From NCBI GenBank assembly GCA_036376215.1, contig DASVAT010000016.1:135766-199765 (forward strand): a DNA stretch of 64,000 nucleotides, in the 5' to 3' direction. Within the stretch, counting starts at the first letter, position 1, and each line of letters starts with the position of its first letter. The position numbers and the translations under genes are program-made. The DNA is from Solirubrobacterales bacterium (GTDB lineage: Bacteria; Actinomycetota; Thermoleophilia; Solirubrobacterales; 70-9). Shown one piece after another: positions 15,606 through 28,070 of this stretch. A model generated the notes under the pieces. The model did not search any database. It saw nothing but the letters and a program-made list of their open reading frames with translations, and had not been told where the DNA came from.

Positions 15606-17123
15606 ATGGAGCGCAAGTGGTGGACCCTGGTCCTGGTCTCGGTCGCGACGTTCATGCTGCTGCTCGACGTCACCGTCGTCAACGTCGCCCTGCCGGACAT
15701 CCAGCGGGAATTGAACGCCAGCCTCTCGAGCCTGCAGTGGGTGGTCGACGCCTACTCGCTGATGCTCGCCGCCTTCCTGCTGACCGCCGGCTCGCTCGGC
15801 GACCGGCTGGGCCGGCGGCGGGTGTTCACGATCGGTTTCGGCGTCTTCACCCTGGCCTCGTTCCTCTGCGGGATCGCCGAGGACCCGACCCTGCTCAACC
15901 TGGCGCGCGGGCTGCAGGGCGTCGGCGGGGCCGGCATGTTCGCCACCTCGCTGGCCCTGATCGGCCAGGAGTTCCACGGCAAGGACCGGGCGACGGCGTT
16001 CGGTGTCTGGGGGGCGACCGTCGGCGGCGCCGTCGCCGTCGGCCCGCTGATCGGCGGCGTCGTCACCGAGAGCCTCGGCTGGGAGTGGATCTTCTTCATC
16101 AACGTCCCGATCGGGATCGCGGCGATGGTCCTGACTGAGCGCCAGATCGTCAACGTCTCGGCGCAGGACCCGGAGCCGATCGACTACCCCGGCCTCGTCA
16201 CCTTCTCCTCGGCGCTCTTCCTCCTCATCTTCGGCCTGATCCGCGGCAATCCCGAGGGCTGGGGGAGCCCGCTGATCCTCGCCTGCCTGATCGGCGCCGC
16301 CGTCCTGATGGCGCTCTTCGTCGCGATCGAGCGCCGCAGCGGCCACCCGATGCTGGACCTGACGCTGTTCCGCAAACCCGCCTTCAACGGGGTCTCGGCG
16401 GTCGCCTTCTTCCTCTCGGCGGGGATGTTCGCCCTCTTCCTCTACCTGACGATCTACATGCAGGGGGTGCTCGACTACTCGCCGCTCGAGGCCGGCCTCC
16501 GCTTCCTGCCGCTGACCGTCCTCGGCTTCGTCGTCGCGCCGATCTCCGGCGCGCTCTCGCACCGGGTCCCGATCAGGATCCTGCTGGGCGTGGGCCTGGC
16601 CACCGTCGGCGTCGGCCTGCTGCTGATGCACGGCGTCGAGGTCGACTCGACCTGGACGACGCTGCTGGTCGGCTTCCTCCTCGCCGGGATCGGGATCGGG
16701 ACGACCAACCCTGGCATCGGACAGGCTGCGATCGCCGTCGTCCCGGTGGAGAAATCGGGGATGGGATCGGGGATCAACACGACCTTCCGCCAGGTCGGGA
16801 TCGCGACCGGCGTCGCCGGGCTCGGCGCCGTCTTCCAGGGTCGCGTCGACTCGAAGCTGAGCGAATTGCTGCCCAACGCCCCCGACGGGTTCGGCGAAGC
16901 GGTCGCCTCGGGCGGCTCACGGGCGGTATCCGAACTACAGTTGCCGCCCGGGCTCCACGTCAAGGCGACCCACGCCGCCGACGTCGCCTTCGTCGGCGCC
17001 TTCAACGACATCATCCTGATCGCGGCGATCGGCTCCTTCCTCGGCGCCGTCCTCGGGTTTCTTCTCGTGAGATCCGAGGACTTTGTTCAACCGACCGACG
17101 GCCCGAGCGAGCCGTCTGGGTAG
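15606..17123 (+). CDS. MFS transporter, DHA2 (EmrB/QacA-like, 14 TM)
   Basis: MLLLDVTVVNVALPDIQ, GSLGDRLGRRRVF (motif A) and a 14-TM layout. Confidence 0.9.
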   Translation: MERKWWTLVLVSVATFMLLLDVTVVNVALPDIQRELNASLSSLQWVVDAYSLMLAAFLLTAGSLGDRLGRRRVFTIGFGVFTLASFLCGIAEDPTLLNLARGLQGVGGAGMFATSLALIGQEFHGKDRATAFGVWGATVGGAVAVGPLIGGVVTESLGWEWIFFINVPIGIAAMVLTERQIVNVSAQDPEPIDYPGLVTFSSALFLLIFGLIRGNPEGWGSPLILACLIGAAVLMALFVAIERRSGHPMLDLTLFRKPAFNGVSAVAFFLSAGMFALFLYLTIYMQGVLDYSPLEAGLRFLPLTVLGFVVAPISGALSHRVPIRILLGVGLATVGVGLLLMHGVEVDSTWTTLLVGFLLAGIGIGTTNPGIGQAAIAVVPVEKSGMGSGINTTFRQVGIATGVAGLGAVFQGRVDSKLSELLPNAPDGFGEAVASGGSRAVSELQLPPGLHVKATHAADVAFVGAFNDIILIAAIGSFLGAVLGFLLVRSEDFVQPTDGPSEPSG

Positions 17124-17164
17124 GTGCAGCGCCTGTAGACAAAAGATGTCGTATGCTTTTGTCT

Positions 17165-17456
17165 ATGGCTGTGATGGAGAGACCACGCTGGACTGACGAG
17201 CGGATCGAAGAACGCTTCACTCGTATCGACACCGACATCCGCGGACTGCGGACGGAGATGAGGGAAGGCTTCGAGCGAAATCGACAAGCGCTTCGATCAA
17301 ATCGACAAGCGCTTCGATCAAATCGACAAGCGGTTCGAGCGGGTCGATGACAAGTTCGACGCGGTTCAGCGAAATATGACGACTTGGGCTATCGCGCTGT
17401 TCTCCACCATCGTCAGCCTGAACGCCGCGGTCATCGCTGCAATCGCTCTCACCTAG
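17165..17456 (+). pseudogene. Tail-anchored coiled-coil protein, apparently frameshifted (paralogue of 59807..60178)
   Basis: The N-terminus MAVMERPRWTD... reads in one frame to about 17275. The heptad repeats EIDKRFD x3 and the C-terminal TM (WAIALFSTIVSLNAAVIAAIALT, stop 17454-17456) read in the +1 frame, which has no start codon of its own. Confidence 0.55.
17278..17340 (+). repeat. 21-bp tandem repeat, 3 copies (in-gene, encodes heptads)
   Basis: aaatcgacaagcgcttcgatc occurs twice exactly, followed by a third diverged copy. Confidence 0.9.
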
Positions 17457-17513
17457 GCGGAACAAGCGGGAAAATCGCGCCGGTCGGTCCGCCCCCGGTG
17501 CTACACAGACCCC

Positions 17514-19190
17514 ATGCTGCGTGAGCTGCGGATCGAGAACCTCCTCCTGATCGAGCGGGCCGAATTGCGGCTGGGGGAGGGGCTGAACGCGATCACCGGC
17601 GAGACCGGCGCCGGCAAGACCGTGTTGGCGCACTCGCTGGACCTGCTGATGGGGGGTAAGGCGAAAGCGCAGATCGTCCGGCCCGGCGCCCCCGAGGCCT
17701 GGATCGAGGGGGTCTTCGACCTGCCCGAGGGTCTGCTCGAGGAGCCGGAGTTCGCCGAGCTGGCCGAGCGGCTTCCCGAGGACGCGGAAGGGGTCGTTCT
17801 CGGCCGGCGGGTCTCGGCGAGCGGGCGGACCAGCGCCTTCGTCGCCGGCCGCGCCGCGACCGCCGCCGACCTGAAGCTGCTCGGCGGGCGCCTGATCGCC
17901 TTCTTCGGCCAGCACGAGCACCGGCGCCTGACGATCTCCTCGGCCCAGCTCGAGATCCTCGACGGCTTCGCCGGCGCCGAGCACCTGGCGCTGCGAGCCG
18001 CCTATCGCGAGGCGCACCGCGAGTGCGGGCGGCTGGCGAGCGAGCTGGCCGAGCTGCGCGAGCGGGAAGGGTCGCGGGAGCGGGACCTCGACCTCTACCG
18101 CTACGAGCTCTCCGAGATCGAGGACGTGGCGCCGGTCCCCGAAGAGCGGGATCGGATCGCCTCCGAGCGGGAGCGCCTGCGGCACGCCGAGGGACTTCGC
18201 GAAGCGGCCGCCGGCGCCCATGCCGGGCTCGCGGGCACCGACGAGGACGGCGGCGGCGCCGTCGCCGCGATCGCCCAGGCCGAAGCGGCGCTGCAGGGCG
18301 CCGCCGGCCTCGATCCGAGCCTCGACGGGATCGCCGAGCGGGTGGCGGCGCTCGCGGTCGAGCTCGGCGACGTCGCCTCCGAGCTGCGCGACTACGCCGA
18401 GGGGGTCGAGGCCGACCCGGCCTCGCTGCAGGCGATCGAGGAGCGGCTGGAGGCGATCGACCGGCTGGAGCGCAAGCACGGCGGCAGCGTGGAGTCGGTC
18501 CTCGCCCACGCCGAGCGCTGCCGCGAGGAGATCGCGCGGCTCGAGAGCGCGGAGGTGCGAAGCGCCGAGGCCGAGGCGGCGCTGGCCGCGGCCGAGGCCC
18601 GGCGGGCGGAGCTCGGCGAGAGGCTGAGCGCCGGCCGCGAAGCCGCGGCGGGCCCGCTGCAGGAGCGCGTCGCGGAGGAGCTCGAGCAGCTCTCGATGGC
18701 CGGCGCCTCGCTCCAGGTCGTCTTGGAGCCGCACCCCGACGGCTTCGGTGCCGCGGGCCGCGAGACGGTCGAGCTGCGGGTCGCTCCCAACCCCGGCATC
18801 GAGCCGGCCCCGCTGCGCGAGGCGGCCTCGGGCGGCGAGCTCTCGCGGGTGATGCTGGCCCTCAGCGGGCTCGGCCGGGCCGCCAGCGCCGGGACGATGG
18901 TCTTCGACGAGATCGACGCCGGCGTCGGCGGCACGACCGCGCGGGTCGTCGGCGAGCGCCTGCAGGCGCTGGGCCGCGAGCGGCAGGTCCTCTGCATCAC
19001 CCACCTGCCCCAGGTCGCCTCACTCGCCGACGTCCACTTCCGGCTCGACAAGGACGTCGCCGGCGAGGAGGCCGTGGCCACCGTCGAGCGGCTCGAGGAC
19101 GAGGGGGTCGTGGCTGAGATTCGGCGCATGCTCGGCGGCGAGAGCGAGGCCGCGACCGAGCATGCCCGTGAGCTCCTGAAGGCCGCCTGA
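17514..19190 (+). CDS. recN: DNA repair protein RecN
   Basis: Walker A ITGETGAGKT, long coiled-coil middle, C-terminal SGGELSR signature and FDEIDAGVGG. Confidence 0.95.
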   Translation: MLRELRIENLLLIERAELRLGEGLNAITGETGAGKTVLAHSLDLLMGGKAKAQIVRPGAPEAWIEGVFDLPEGLLEEPEFAELAERLPEDAEGVVLGRRVSASGRTSAFVAGRAATAADLKLLGGRLIAFFGQHEHRRLTISSAQLEILDGFAGAEHLALRAAYREAHRECGRLASELAELREREGSRERDLDLYRYELSEIEDVAPVPEERDRIASERERLRHAEGLREAAAGAHAGLAGTDEDGGGAVAAIAQAEAALQGAAGLDPSLDGIAERVAALAVELGDVASELRDYAEGVEADPASLQAIEERLEAIDRLERKHGGSVESVLAHAERCREEIARLESAEVRSAEAEAALAAAEARRAELGERLSAGREAAAGPLQERVAEELEQLSMAGASLQVVLEPHPDGFGAAGRETVELRVAPNPGIEPAPLREAASGGELSRVMLALSGLGRAASAGTMVFDEIDAGVGGTTARVVGERLQALGRERQVLCITHLPQVASLADVHFRLDKDVAGEEAVATVERLEDEGVVAEIRRMLGGESEAATEHARELLKAA

Positions 19191-19200
19191 GGCGCCACTG

Positions 19201-19235
19201 ACGCAGTTGTCCCCGGTATGCGGGGACAACTGCGT
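19201..19235 (+). terminator. Perfect 15-bp hairpin downstream of recN (no U-tract)
   Basis: acgcagttgtccccg / gtatg / cggggacaactgcgt. Confidence 0.55.
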
Positions 19236-19281
19236 TCCGTCCTGGTTGCGGGTGCCGCTTACCTTCGCCTAGTCTGGGGCG

Positions 19282-20472
19282 GTGGCCACCGCTAGTCGTC
19301 GTCGCTTCCCCGCCCTGCTCGGGCGCAGGAACGGCGCTCGGCCGGGGGGGGCGATCGAAGGGATCGCCCGGCTTGGGGAGCGGACCAAGCACCTGGTCAA
19401 GCGCCTGCGCCCCGGCGAGGTCGCGGTGATCGACCACGTCGACATCGACCGCATCGCCGCCGAGGAGTTGATCGAAGCGGGCGTGGTCGCGGTCCTCAAC
19501 GCCTCGCCCTCCTCGCAGGGGCGCTACCCGAACGCCGGGCCGCTGATGCTGGCCCGCGAGGGGATCCGGCTGATCGACGCGCCCGGCGCCGGCCTGTTCG
19601 AGCGGCTCGAGGACGGCGACCGGGTGCGGATCGTCGAGGGGTCCGTCTTCGTCGGGGAGGAGGAGGTGGTCCGCGGTCGCGTCCTCCGCGTGCCCGAGCT
19701 GGAGCGCGAGATGCAGGAACACCGCGCGCGGATCGACGAGGCGCTGGGGGAGTTCGCCGAAAACACGGTCGCGCACGTGCGCGAAGAGACCGATCTCCTG
19801 ACCGGCAACATCGCCTTCCCGGCGACCAGGGCCAGCTTCCGCGACCGCCACGTCCTGATCGTCGTCCGCGGCGACCGCCACCGCCGCGACCTGAAAGCGC
19901 TCCGTGCCTACATCCGCGACGTACGGCCGCTGATCGTCGCCGTCGACGGCGGCGCCGACGGGGTCCTCGAAGCCGGCCTCACGCCCGACGTGATCCTCGG
20001 CGACATGGACTCCGCAGGCGACGAGGCGTTGCGCTGCGGTGCCGAGCTGGTCGTCCACGCCTATCCGGACGGCCGGGCCCCGGGCCGCGAACGACTGCTG
20101 GAGGCCGGGCTCGACCACCAGGTCGTTCCCGCCGCGGGGACCAGCGAGGACGTGGCGATGCTGATGGCCCACGAGAAGGGGGCGGCGCTGATCGTCAGCG
20201 TCGGCGCCCACTTCAACCTGGTCGAGTTCCTCGACCGCAAGCGCGGCGGGATGTCCTCGACCTTCCTCACGCGGCTGAAGATTGGCGAGCGCCTGGTCGA
20301 CGCCAAGGGCGTCAGCCGGCTCTACAACCCGAGCTCGACCCTGGCGCCGCTGGCCTTCTTCGCGGTCGCCTTCCTCGTCCTGCTGACGATCCTCGTGATC
20401 ACCTCTCCCGCCCTCAACGACGTCTTCGAACTGGTCTGGCTGAAGATCCGGATCTGGCTCGGCATCGACTGA
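19282..20472 (+). CDS. steA: SteA-like cytokinetic ring protein (thiamine-pyrophosphokinase-fold, Rv1697 family)
   Basis: The RTKHLVKRLRPGEVAVIDHVDIDRIAAEELI and ILGDMDS motifs, a C-terminal TM, and a position between recN and mctB. Confidence 0.8.
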   Translation: MATASRRRFPALLGRRNGARPGGAIEGIARLGERTKHLVKRLRPGEVAVIDHVDIDRIAAEELIEAGVVAVLNASPSSQGRYPNAGPLMLAREGIRLIDAPGAGLFERLEDGDRVRIVEGSVFVGEEEVVRGRVLRVPELEREMQEHRARIDEALGEFAENTVAHVREETDLLTGNIAFPATRASFRDRHVLIVVRGDRHRRDLKALRAYIRDVRPLIVAVDGGADGVLEAGLTPDVILGDMDSAGDEALRCGAELVVHAYPDGRAPGRERLLEAGLDHQVVPAAGTSEDVAMLMAHEKGAALIVSVGAHFNLVEFLDRKRGGMSSTFLTRLKIGERLVDAKGVSRLYNPSSTLAPLAFFAVAFLVLLTILVITSPALNDVFELVWLKIRIWLGID

Positions 20473-20505
20473 GGAGACCCCCGGAGCACTAGCCTTCGGC
20501 TCTCG

Positions 20506-23903
<3,398 letters not shown>

Positions 23904-23938
23904 GCGGCCCCGAGCGGTTCCCGGTTAGCCTTCTGCGC

Positions 23939-25042
23939 GTGGAGGGTTCCCGACTGCACGAGCGGTTCGTTCGCTACTGCGAGGTTCGCAGCCCGACGGG
24001 GGAGGAGCGCGAGATCGCCGACACCCTCGCCGCCGAGCTGCGGGCGATGGGCTTGGAGGTGGAGGAAGACGATGCGGCGGGGCCGGCGGAAGCCGGCGCC
24101 GGCAACCTCGTCGCCCGCTCGGCCGGCAGCGGCGAGGACTGGCTGATGTTCTGCGCCCACGTCGACACGGTTCCGCACCGGGGCCAGGTCGAGGTGGTGG
24201 ACGACGACGGCGTCTTCCGCAGTCGCGGCGAGACGATCCTCGGCGCCGACAACAAGGCGGCGGTTGCCGTCTTCATGGAGCTGATCGCGCGGCACGTCGA
24301 ACAGCCGGGCCCGGTCGGGATCGAGCTGGTCCTGACGGTTGCCGAGGAGCAGGGCCTGCGCGGGGCGAAGGCCCTCGACGCTTCGCAGCTGCGCTCCCGC
24401 GCGGGTTTCGTCCTCGACCACGCCGGCCCGGTCGGCGAGGTGATCGTCTCGACGCCGACGCAGCAGAAGATCCTCGCCGACTTCATCGGCGTCGAGGCCC
24501 ATGCCGGGATCCGGCCCGAGGACGGCAGCAGCGCGATCGCCGCCGCCGCGGCGGCGATCACCCGGATGGAGGTCGGCCGGCTCGACGAGCGGACGACCGC
24601 GAACGTCGGCCTGATCCGGGGCGGCACCTCCGGCAACGTCGTCCCCGGTCACTGCTCGATCCACGCCGAGGCGCGCAGCCTCGACTCCGAGCGGGCGGCG
24701 GAGGTCGCCGGCAAGATCGCCGACGCCTGTGCCTGGGGCGCGAGCGAGCACGGCTGCGACGTCGACGTGCGGATCGAAGAGCTCTTCCGCGGCTACGAGG
24801 TGCCGAAGGACTCGGCGGCTCTGGCGCTGGCCGAGGCGGGCCTGCGGGGGTCCGGCCTGGAGCCGCAGCGGGTGGCGATCGGCGGCGGCAGCGACGCCAA
24901 CGTCTTCCGCCGCGACGGCTTCGACTGCGTCCTCCTCTCCAACGGCACCGACGCCGTCCACACCTCTGACGAGATGGTCCCGGCGCGCAGCCTCGACACG
25001 ATGCTCGAGGTGTGCGAGCGGATCGTCGCGGCCGCGGAGTAG
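23939..25042 (+). CDS. M20-family metallopeptidase (peptidase T/tripeptidase-like)
   Basis: AHVDTV, GADNKAAV and EEQGLRGA motifs. The GTG at 23939 is the first plausible start after the pyrG stop. Confidence 0.8.
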   Translation: MEGSRLHERFVRYCEVRSPTGEEREIADTLAAELRAMGLEVEEDDAAGPAEAGAGNLVARSAGSGEDWLMFCAHVDTVPHRGQVEVVDDDGVFRSRGETILGADNKAAVAVFMELIARHVEQPGPVGIELVLTVAEEQGLRGAKALDASQLRSRAGFVLDHAGPVGEVIVSTPTQQKILADFIGVEAHAGIRPEDGSSAIAAAAAAITRMEVGRLDERTTANVGLIRGGTSGNVVPGHCSIHAEARSLDSERAAEVAGKIADACAWGASEHGCDVDVRIEELFRGYEVPKDSAALALAEAGLRGSGLEPQRVAIGGGSDANVFRRDGFDCVLLSNGTDAVHTSDEMVPARSLDTMLEVCERIVAAAE

Positions 25043-25044
25043 GC

Positions 25045-26106
25045 GTGGGGCGGCTGAAGCTGCGCCGGGGCGTCGTCGTCTCGGCCAACCCCCTCGAAGT
25101 CGAGAGCGACGGCGAGCGCAGGCGCGCCTGGGCAGACGAAGTGCTGCTCGGCGAGATGCGCGAGGGCGACGAGGTGGTCGTCAACGTGGCCGCCCTCGAC
25201 CTGAAGCTCGGCTCCGGCGGCTTCGACGTCGTCCACGTCAACCTCACCCGCGGCCTGGAGGGCGGGGCGGAGGGCGCCCACGTGATGAAGCTCAACTACA
25301 CCTCGCTCCAGCACCCAATCGAGCCTGTGGAGCGGGAGAGCATTCGTCTGTTCCCTATCGGTGCTGAGCAAGGAAAAGGAACAGACGAAGGGCCGCCGGT
25401 GCTCGTGCTGCCGCTGCACGGTCACCTGGCGCCGGCGGCGTGGGCGGCGGCGCAGGCGGCGCCGGGGCTGCGGGTCGGCTACGTCCAGACGGGAGGCGGC
25501 GCACTGCCGGGGTCGCTGTCCCGGGACGTGGAGGAGCTGCGCGAGCGCGGTCTCCTGGTCGACCACATCACCGCCGCTCCTGCGTACGGCGGAGGGCGGG
25601 AGGCGTTGAGCACGATCGGCGCGATCCATGCCGCGCGGGCACTGGGTTGCGAGGCGGTCCTCGTCGGGCCGGGGCCGGGGATCATCGGCTCCAATACCGA
25701 GTTCGGCCACGGCGGCATCGCCGCGCTGGAGAGCGCTCACGCCGCGCTGTCCCTGCGGCTCCCGACGATCCTCTCCCCGCGCCTCTCCTCCTCCGACCCC
25801 CGGGAGCGCCATCTCCACCTCAGCCACCACACCTTCACGGTCCTCGAACACCTGCTGGGTGAGGTGGACGTCGCGATCCCCGACGTGGACTTCCCCGGCT
25901 CCGAGGAGGCAGCGGACTACCTCGCCAAGGCAGCCAGCGGGCGCCACCGCCTCCATCGCGTCCCCGTGGCCGTGGCCGCCTACGAGACATCCGGCCTGCC
26001 GACCAGGACGATGGGGCGGGACCTGAAAGACGACCCGCTGTTCTTCGCGGCCCCGCTCGCCGCCGGGACCCTCCTCGCACGGTCCCTTGCGTCCCAAGGG
26101 TTGTAA
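25045..26106 (+). CDS. DUF3866-family protein
   Basis: LKLRRGVV... N-terminus, HVMKLNYTSLQ, and GPGPGIIGSNTEFGHGG are typical of DUF3866. Confidence 0.65.
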   Translation: MGRLKLRRGVVVSANPLEVESDGERRRAWADEVLLGEMREGDEVVVNVAALDLKLGSGGFDVVHVNLTRGLEGGAEGAHVMKLNYTSLQHPIEPVERESIRLFPIGAEQGKGTDEGPPVLVLPLHGHLAPAAWAAAQAAPGLRVGYVQTGGGALPGSLSRDVEELRERGLLVDHITAAPAYGGGREALSTIGAIHAARALGCEAVLVGPGPGIIGSNTEFGHGGIAALESAHAALSLRLPTILSPRLSSSDPRERHLHLSHHTFTVLEHLLGEVDVAIPDVDFPGSEEAADYLAKAASGRHRLHRVPVAVAAYETSGLPTRTMGRDLKDDPLFFAAPLAAGTLLARSLASQGL

Positions 26107-26130
26107 CGCCGCAGGCAGAAACAGCGGCCC

Positions 26131-27096
26131 ATGGCTGTCGCGATCAAGCCCCGGGCGCCCAGCGCCCCGGCGAAGCCGGGCGCCGAGGCGCGCTTCGAGA
26201 GTTTGGTCCTCGACTTCCTCTCCTACCTGGAGCTGGAGCGGGGGCTCTCCCGCAACACGCTGAACGCCTACCGCACCGACCTCCTGCAGTACGGCGAATA
26301 CCTCTCTGCCCACAATCGCGACGCGCTGGGGGCGAGCGCCGCCGACATCGCCGACTTCCTCGCCGAGCTGGCGACGGGGGAGGGGCGGCCGGCCTGCTCG
26401 GCGGCGACGATCCACCGCAAGGCCGCCTGCCTGCGCTCCTTCTACAAGCACCTGCGCCGCGACGAGCTGATCGGCGACGACCCGACCGCGGCCCTCAGCG
26501 CCCCGCGGCGCTCGAAGAAGCTGCCCCACGTCCTCAACTACTCCGAGGTGCAGAAGCTGCTCGCCTCACCGAAGGGGAGCGAGCCGACGGCGCTGCGCGA
26601 CCGGGCGCTGCTCGAGCTGATGTACGCGTGCGGGTTGCGGGCGTCGGAGACGATCGGGCTCGAGCTGGGCGACGTCGACCTGCGCGAGGGCTTCCTGCGG
26701 GCCCGCGGCAAGGGCTCCAAGGAGCGGCTGGTGCCGCTCGGCCGCCAGGCGATCGCCGCGATCGCCGGCTACCTGCGCGGCGGCCGGCCGAAGCTGGTCG
26801 GCGACCGCCACGAGCCGAAGCTCTTCGTCAACTTCCGCGGCGGGCCGCTGACCCGCCAGGGCCTCTACAAGATCGTCCAGCGCCACGCCCGCGACGCCGG
26901 CCTCGCCGGCAGGATGAGCCCCCACACGCTGCGCCACAGCTTCGCCACCCATCTGCTCGCCGGCGGCTGCGACCTGCGCGCCGTCCAGGAGATGCTCGGC
27001 CACGCCGACATCTCGACCACGCAGATGTACACCCACCTCTCGGGCGATCGCCTCAAGGAGGTCTACTTCAGCTCCCACCCCCGCGCCAGCGAGTAG
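26131..27096 (+). CDS. xerD: Site-specific tyrosine recombinase XerD
   Basis: ELMYACGLRASE, HTLRHSFATHLL, LGHADISTTQMYTH (catalytic R-H-R-Y set). Conserved chromosomal context. Confidence 0.92.
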   Translation: MAVAIKPRAPSAPAKPGAEARFESLVLDFLSYLELERGLSRNTLNAYRTDLLQYGEYLSAHNRDALGASAADIADFLAELATGEGRPACSAATIHRKAACLRSFYKHLRRDELIGDDPTAALSAPRRSKKLPHVLNYSEVQKLLASPKGSEPTALRDRALLELMYACGLRASETIGLELGDVDLREGFLRARGKGSKERLVPLGRQAIAAIAGYLRGGRPKLVGDRHEPKLFVNFRGGPLTRQGLYKIVQRHARDAGLAGRMSPHTLRHSFATHLLAGGCDLRAVQEMLGHADISTTQMYTHLSGDRLKEVYFSSHPRASE

Positions 27097-27097
27097 C

Positions 27098-27145
27098 CGG
27101 CGTTCGTCCTTTCCTAGGCATATGCCCGGGAAAGGACGAACGCCG
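27098..27145 (+). terminator. 17-bp perfect hairpin between xerD and fpg
   Basis: cggcgttcgtcctttcc ... ggaaaggacgaacgccg. The loop contains the palindrome ggcatatgcc. Confidence 0.5.
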
Positions 27146-27166
27146 TCATGAAGTAGAACTCAGGCC

Positions 27167-28066
27167 ATGCCCGAGCTGCCGGAGGTGGAGACCGTCGTCC
27201 GGCAGCTGGAGCCGGAGGTCGAAGGGCACAGGATCGAGCGCATCGAAGTGCTGGACGAGCGCTGGTCCCGGCCGGTGCCGCCGGAGGAGCTGGGTGCGGC
27301 CGTGGACGGCGCGACGATCGAGCGGCTCGGCCGCCGCGGCAAGTACATCCTCATGGGGCTCGACGGCGGTCGAACCCTGGTGATGCACCTGCGGATGACC
27401 GGCAACCTGATCCTCCGCGACGGGGACGAGGCGCTCGACCCCTCCGAGGGGCGTCGCCTCTACGAGGGCGAGCGCTCGACCGAGGAACGCCATCTGCGGG
27501 CCCGCTTCGTCCTCGACGACGGCCGCGAGCTGTGGTTCACCGACCCGCGGCGGTTCGGCGAGGCCTTCCTGATCGACGACGACCGGCTGGGGGAGCGCTT
27601 CTCCAGGCTCGGCGTCGAGCCGTTCTCGCCGGAGTTCACCCCGGCGGCGCTGGGCGAGATGGCGGCGGGCCGGACGGCGCCGCTGAAGTCCTTCCTGCTC
27701 GACCAGTCGAAGGTCGCCGGGGTCGGCAACATCTACGCCGACGAGGCGCTCTTCCGCGCCGAGCTGCACCCGCTCTCTCCCGCCGGATCGATGAAGCCCG
27801 AGCACGCCGAGGCGCTGCGCGACGCGGTGGTCGCGGCCCTGGAGGCGGGGATCGAGTCCGGCGGCTCCTCGATCGACGACTACCGCGATGCCCGCGGCGA
27901 GAAGGGCTCGATGCAGGAAGAGTTTCTCGTCCACACCCGCGAGGACGAGGACTGTCCGCGCTGCGGCGGGACGATCGTCCGCATCGTCGTCGGCGGTCGC
28001 TCGACCTACTTCTGCCCCGCCTGCCAGGTCAAGCTGCGAAGACGTCCGAAGCGCCGGGCAAAGTAG
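27167..28066 (+). CDS. mutM: Formamidopyrimidine-DNA glycosylase
   Basis: MPELPEVE N-terminus, H2TH, and C-terminal zinc finger CPRCGG...YFCPACQ. Confidence 0.95.
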   Translation: MPELPEVETVVRQLEPEVEGHRIERIEVLDERWSRPVPPEELGAAVDGATIERLGRRGKYILMGLDGGRTLVMHLRMTGNLILRDGDEALDPSEGRRLYEGERSTEERHLRARFVLDDGRELWFTDPRRFGEAFLIDDDRLGERFSRLGVEPFSPEFTPAALGEMAAGRTAPLKSFLLDQSKVAGVGNIYADEALFRAELHPLSPAGSMKPEHAEALRDAVVAALEAGIESGGSSIDDYRDARGEKGSMQEEFLVHTREDEDCPRCGGTIVRIVVGGRSTYFCPACQVKLRRRPKRRAK

Positions 28067-28070
28067 GAGG

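Noticed and set aside
17278-17340. Tandem repeats (also 59966-60064), considered as a CRISPR array or an intergenic VNTR.
   Set aside because: The units are contiguous with no spacers. They have periods of 21 and 33 bp (multiples of 3) and lie inside coding sequence, where they encode heptad and hendecad coiled-coil repeats.
17457-17513. A search for an actinobacterial SOS box (TCGAAC-N4-GTTCGA) upstream of recN, and likewise upstream of ruvC at 61458-61502.
   Set aside because: No palindrome of that form is present in either spacer; I found only isolated gaac or gttc half-sites.
26131-27096. The tyrosine recombinase, considered as the integrase of a mobile element.
   Set aside because: It has the full XerD signature and sits in the conserved pyrG...xerD chromosomal context. 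Composition is native, and there are no flanking att-like repeats.
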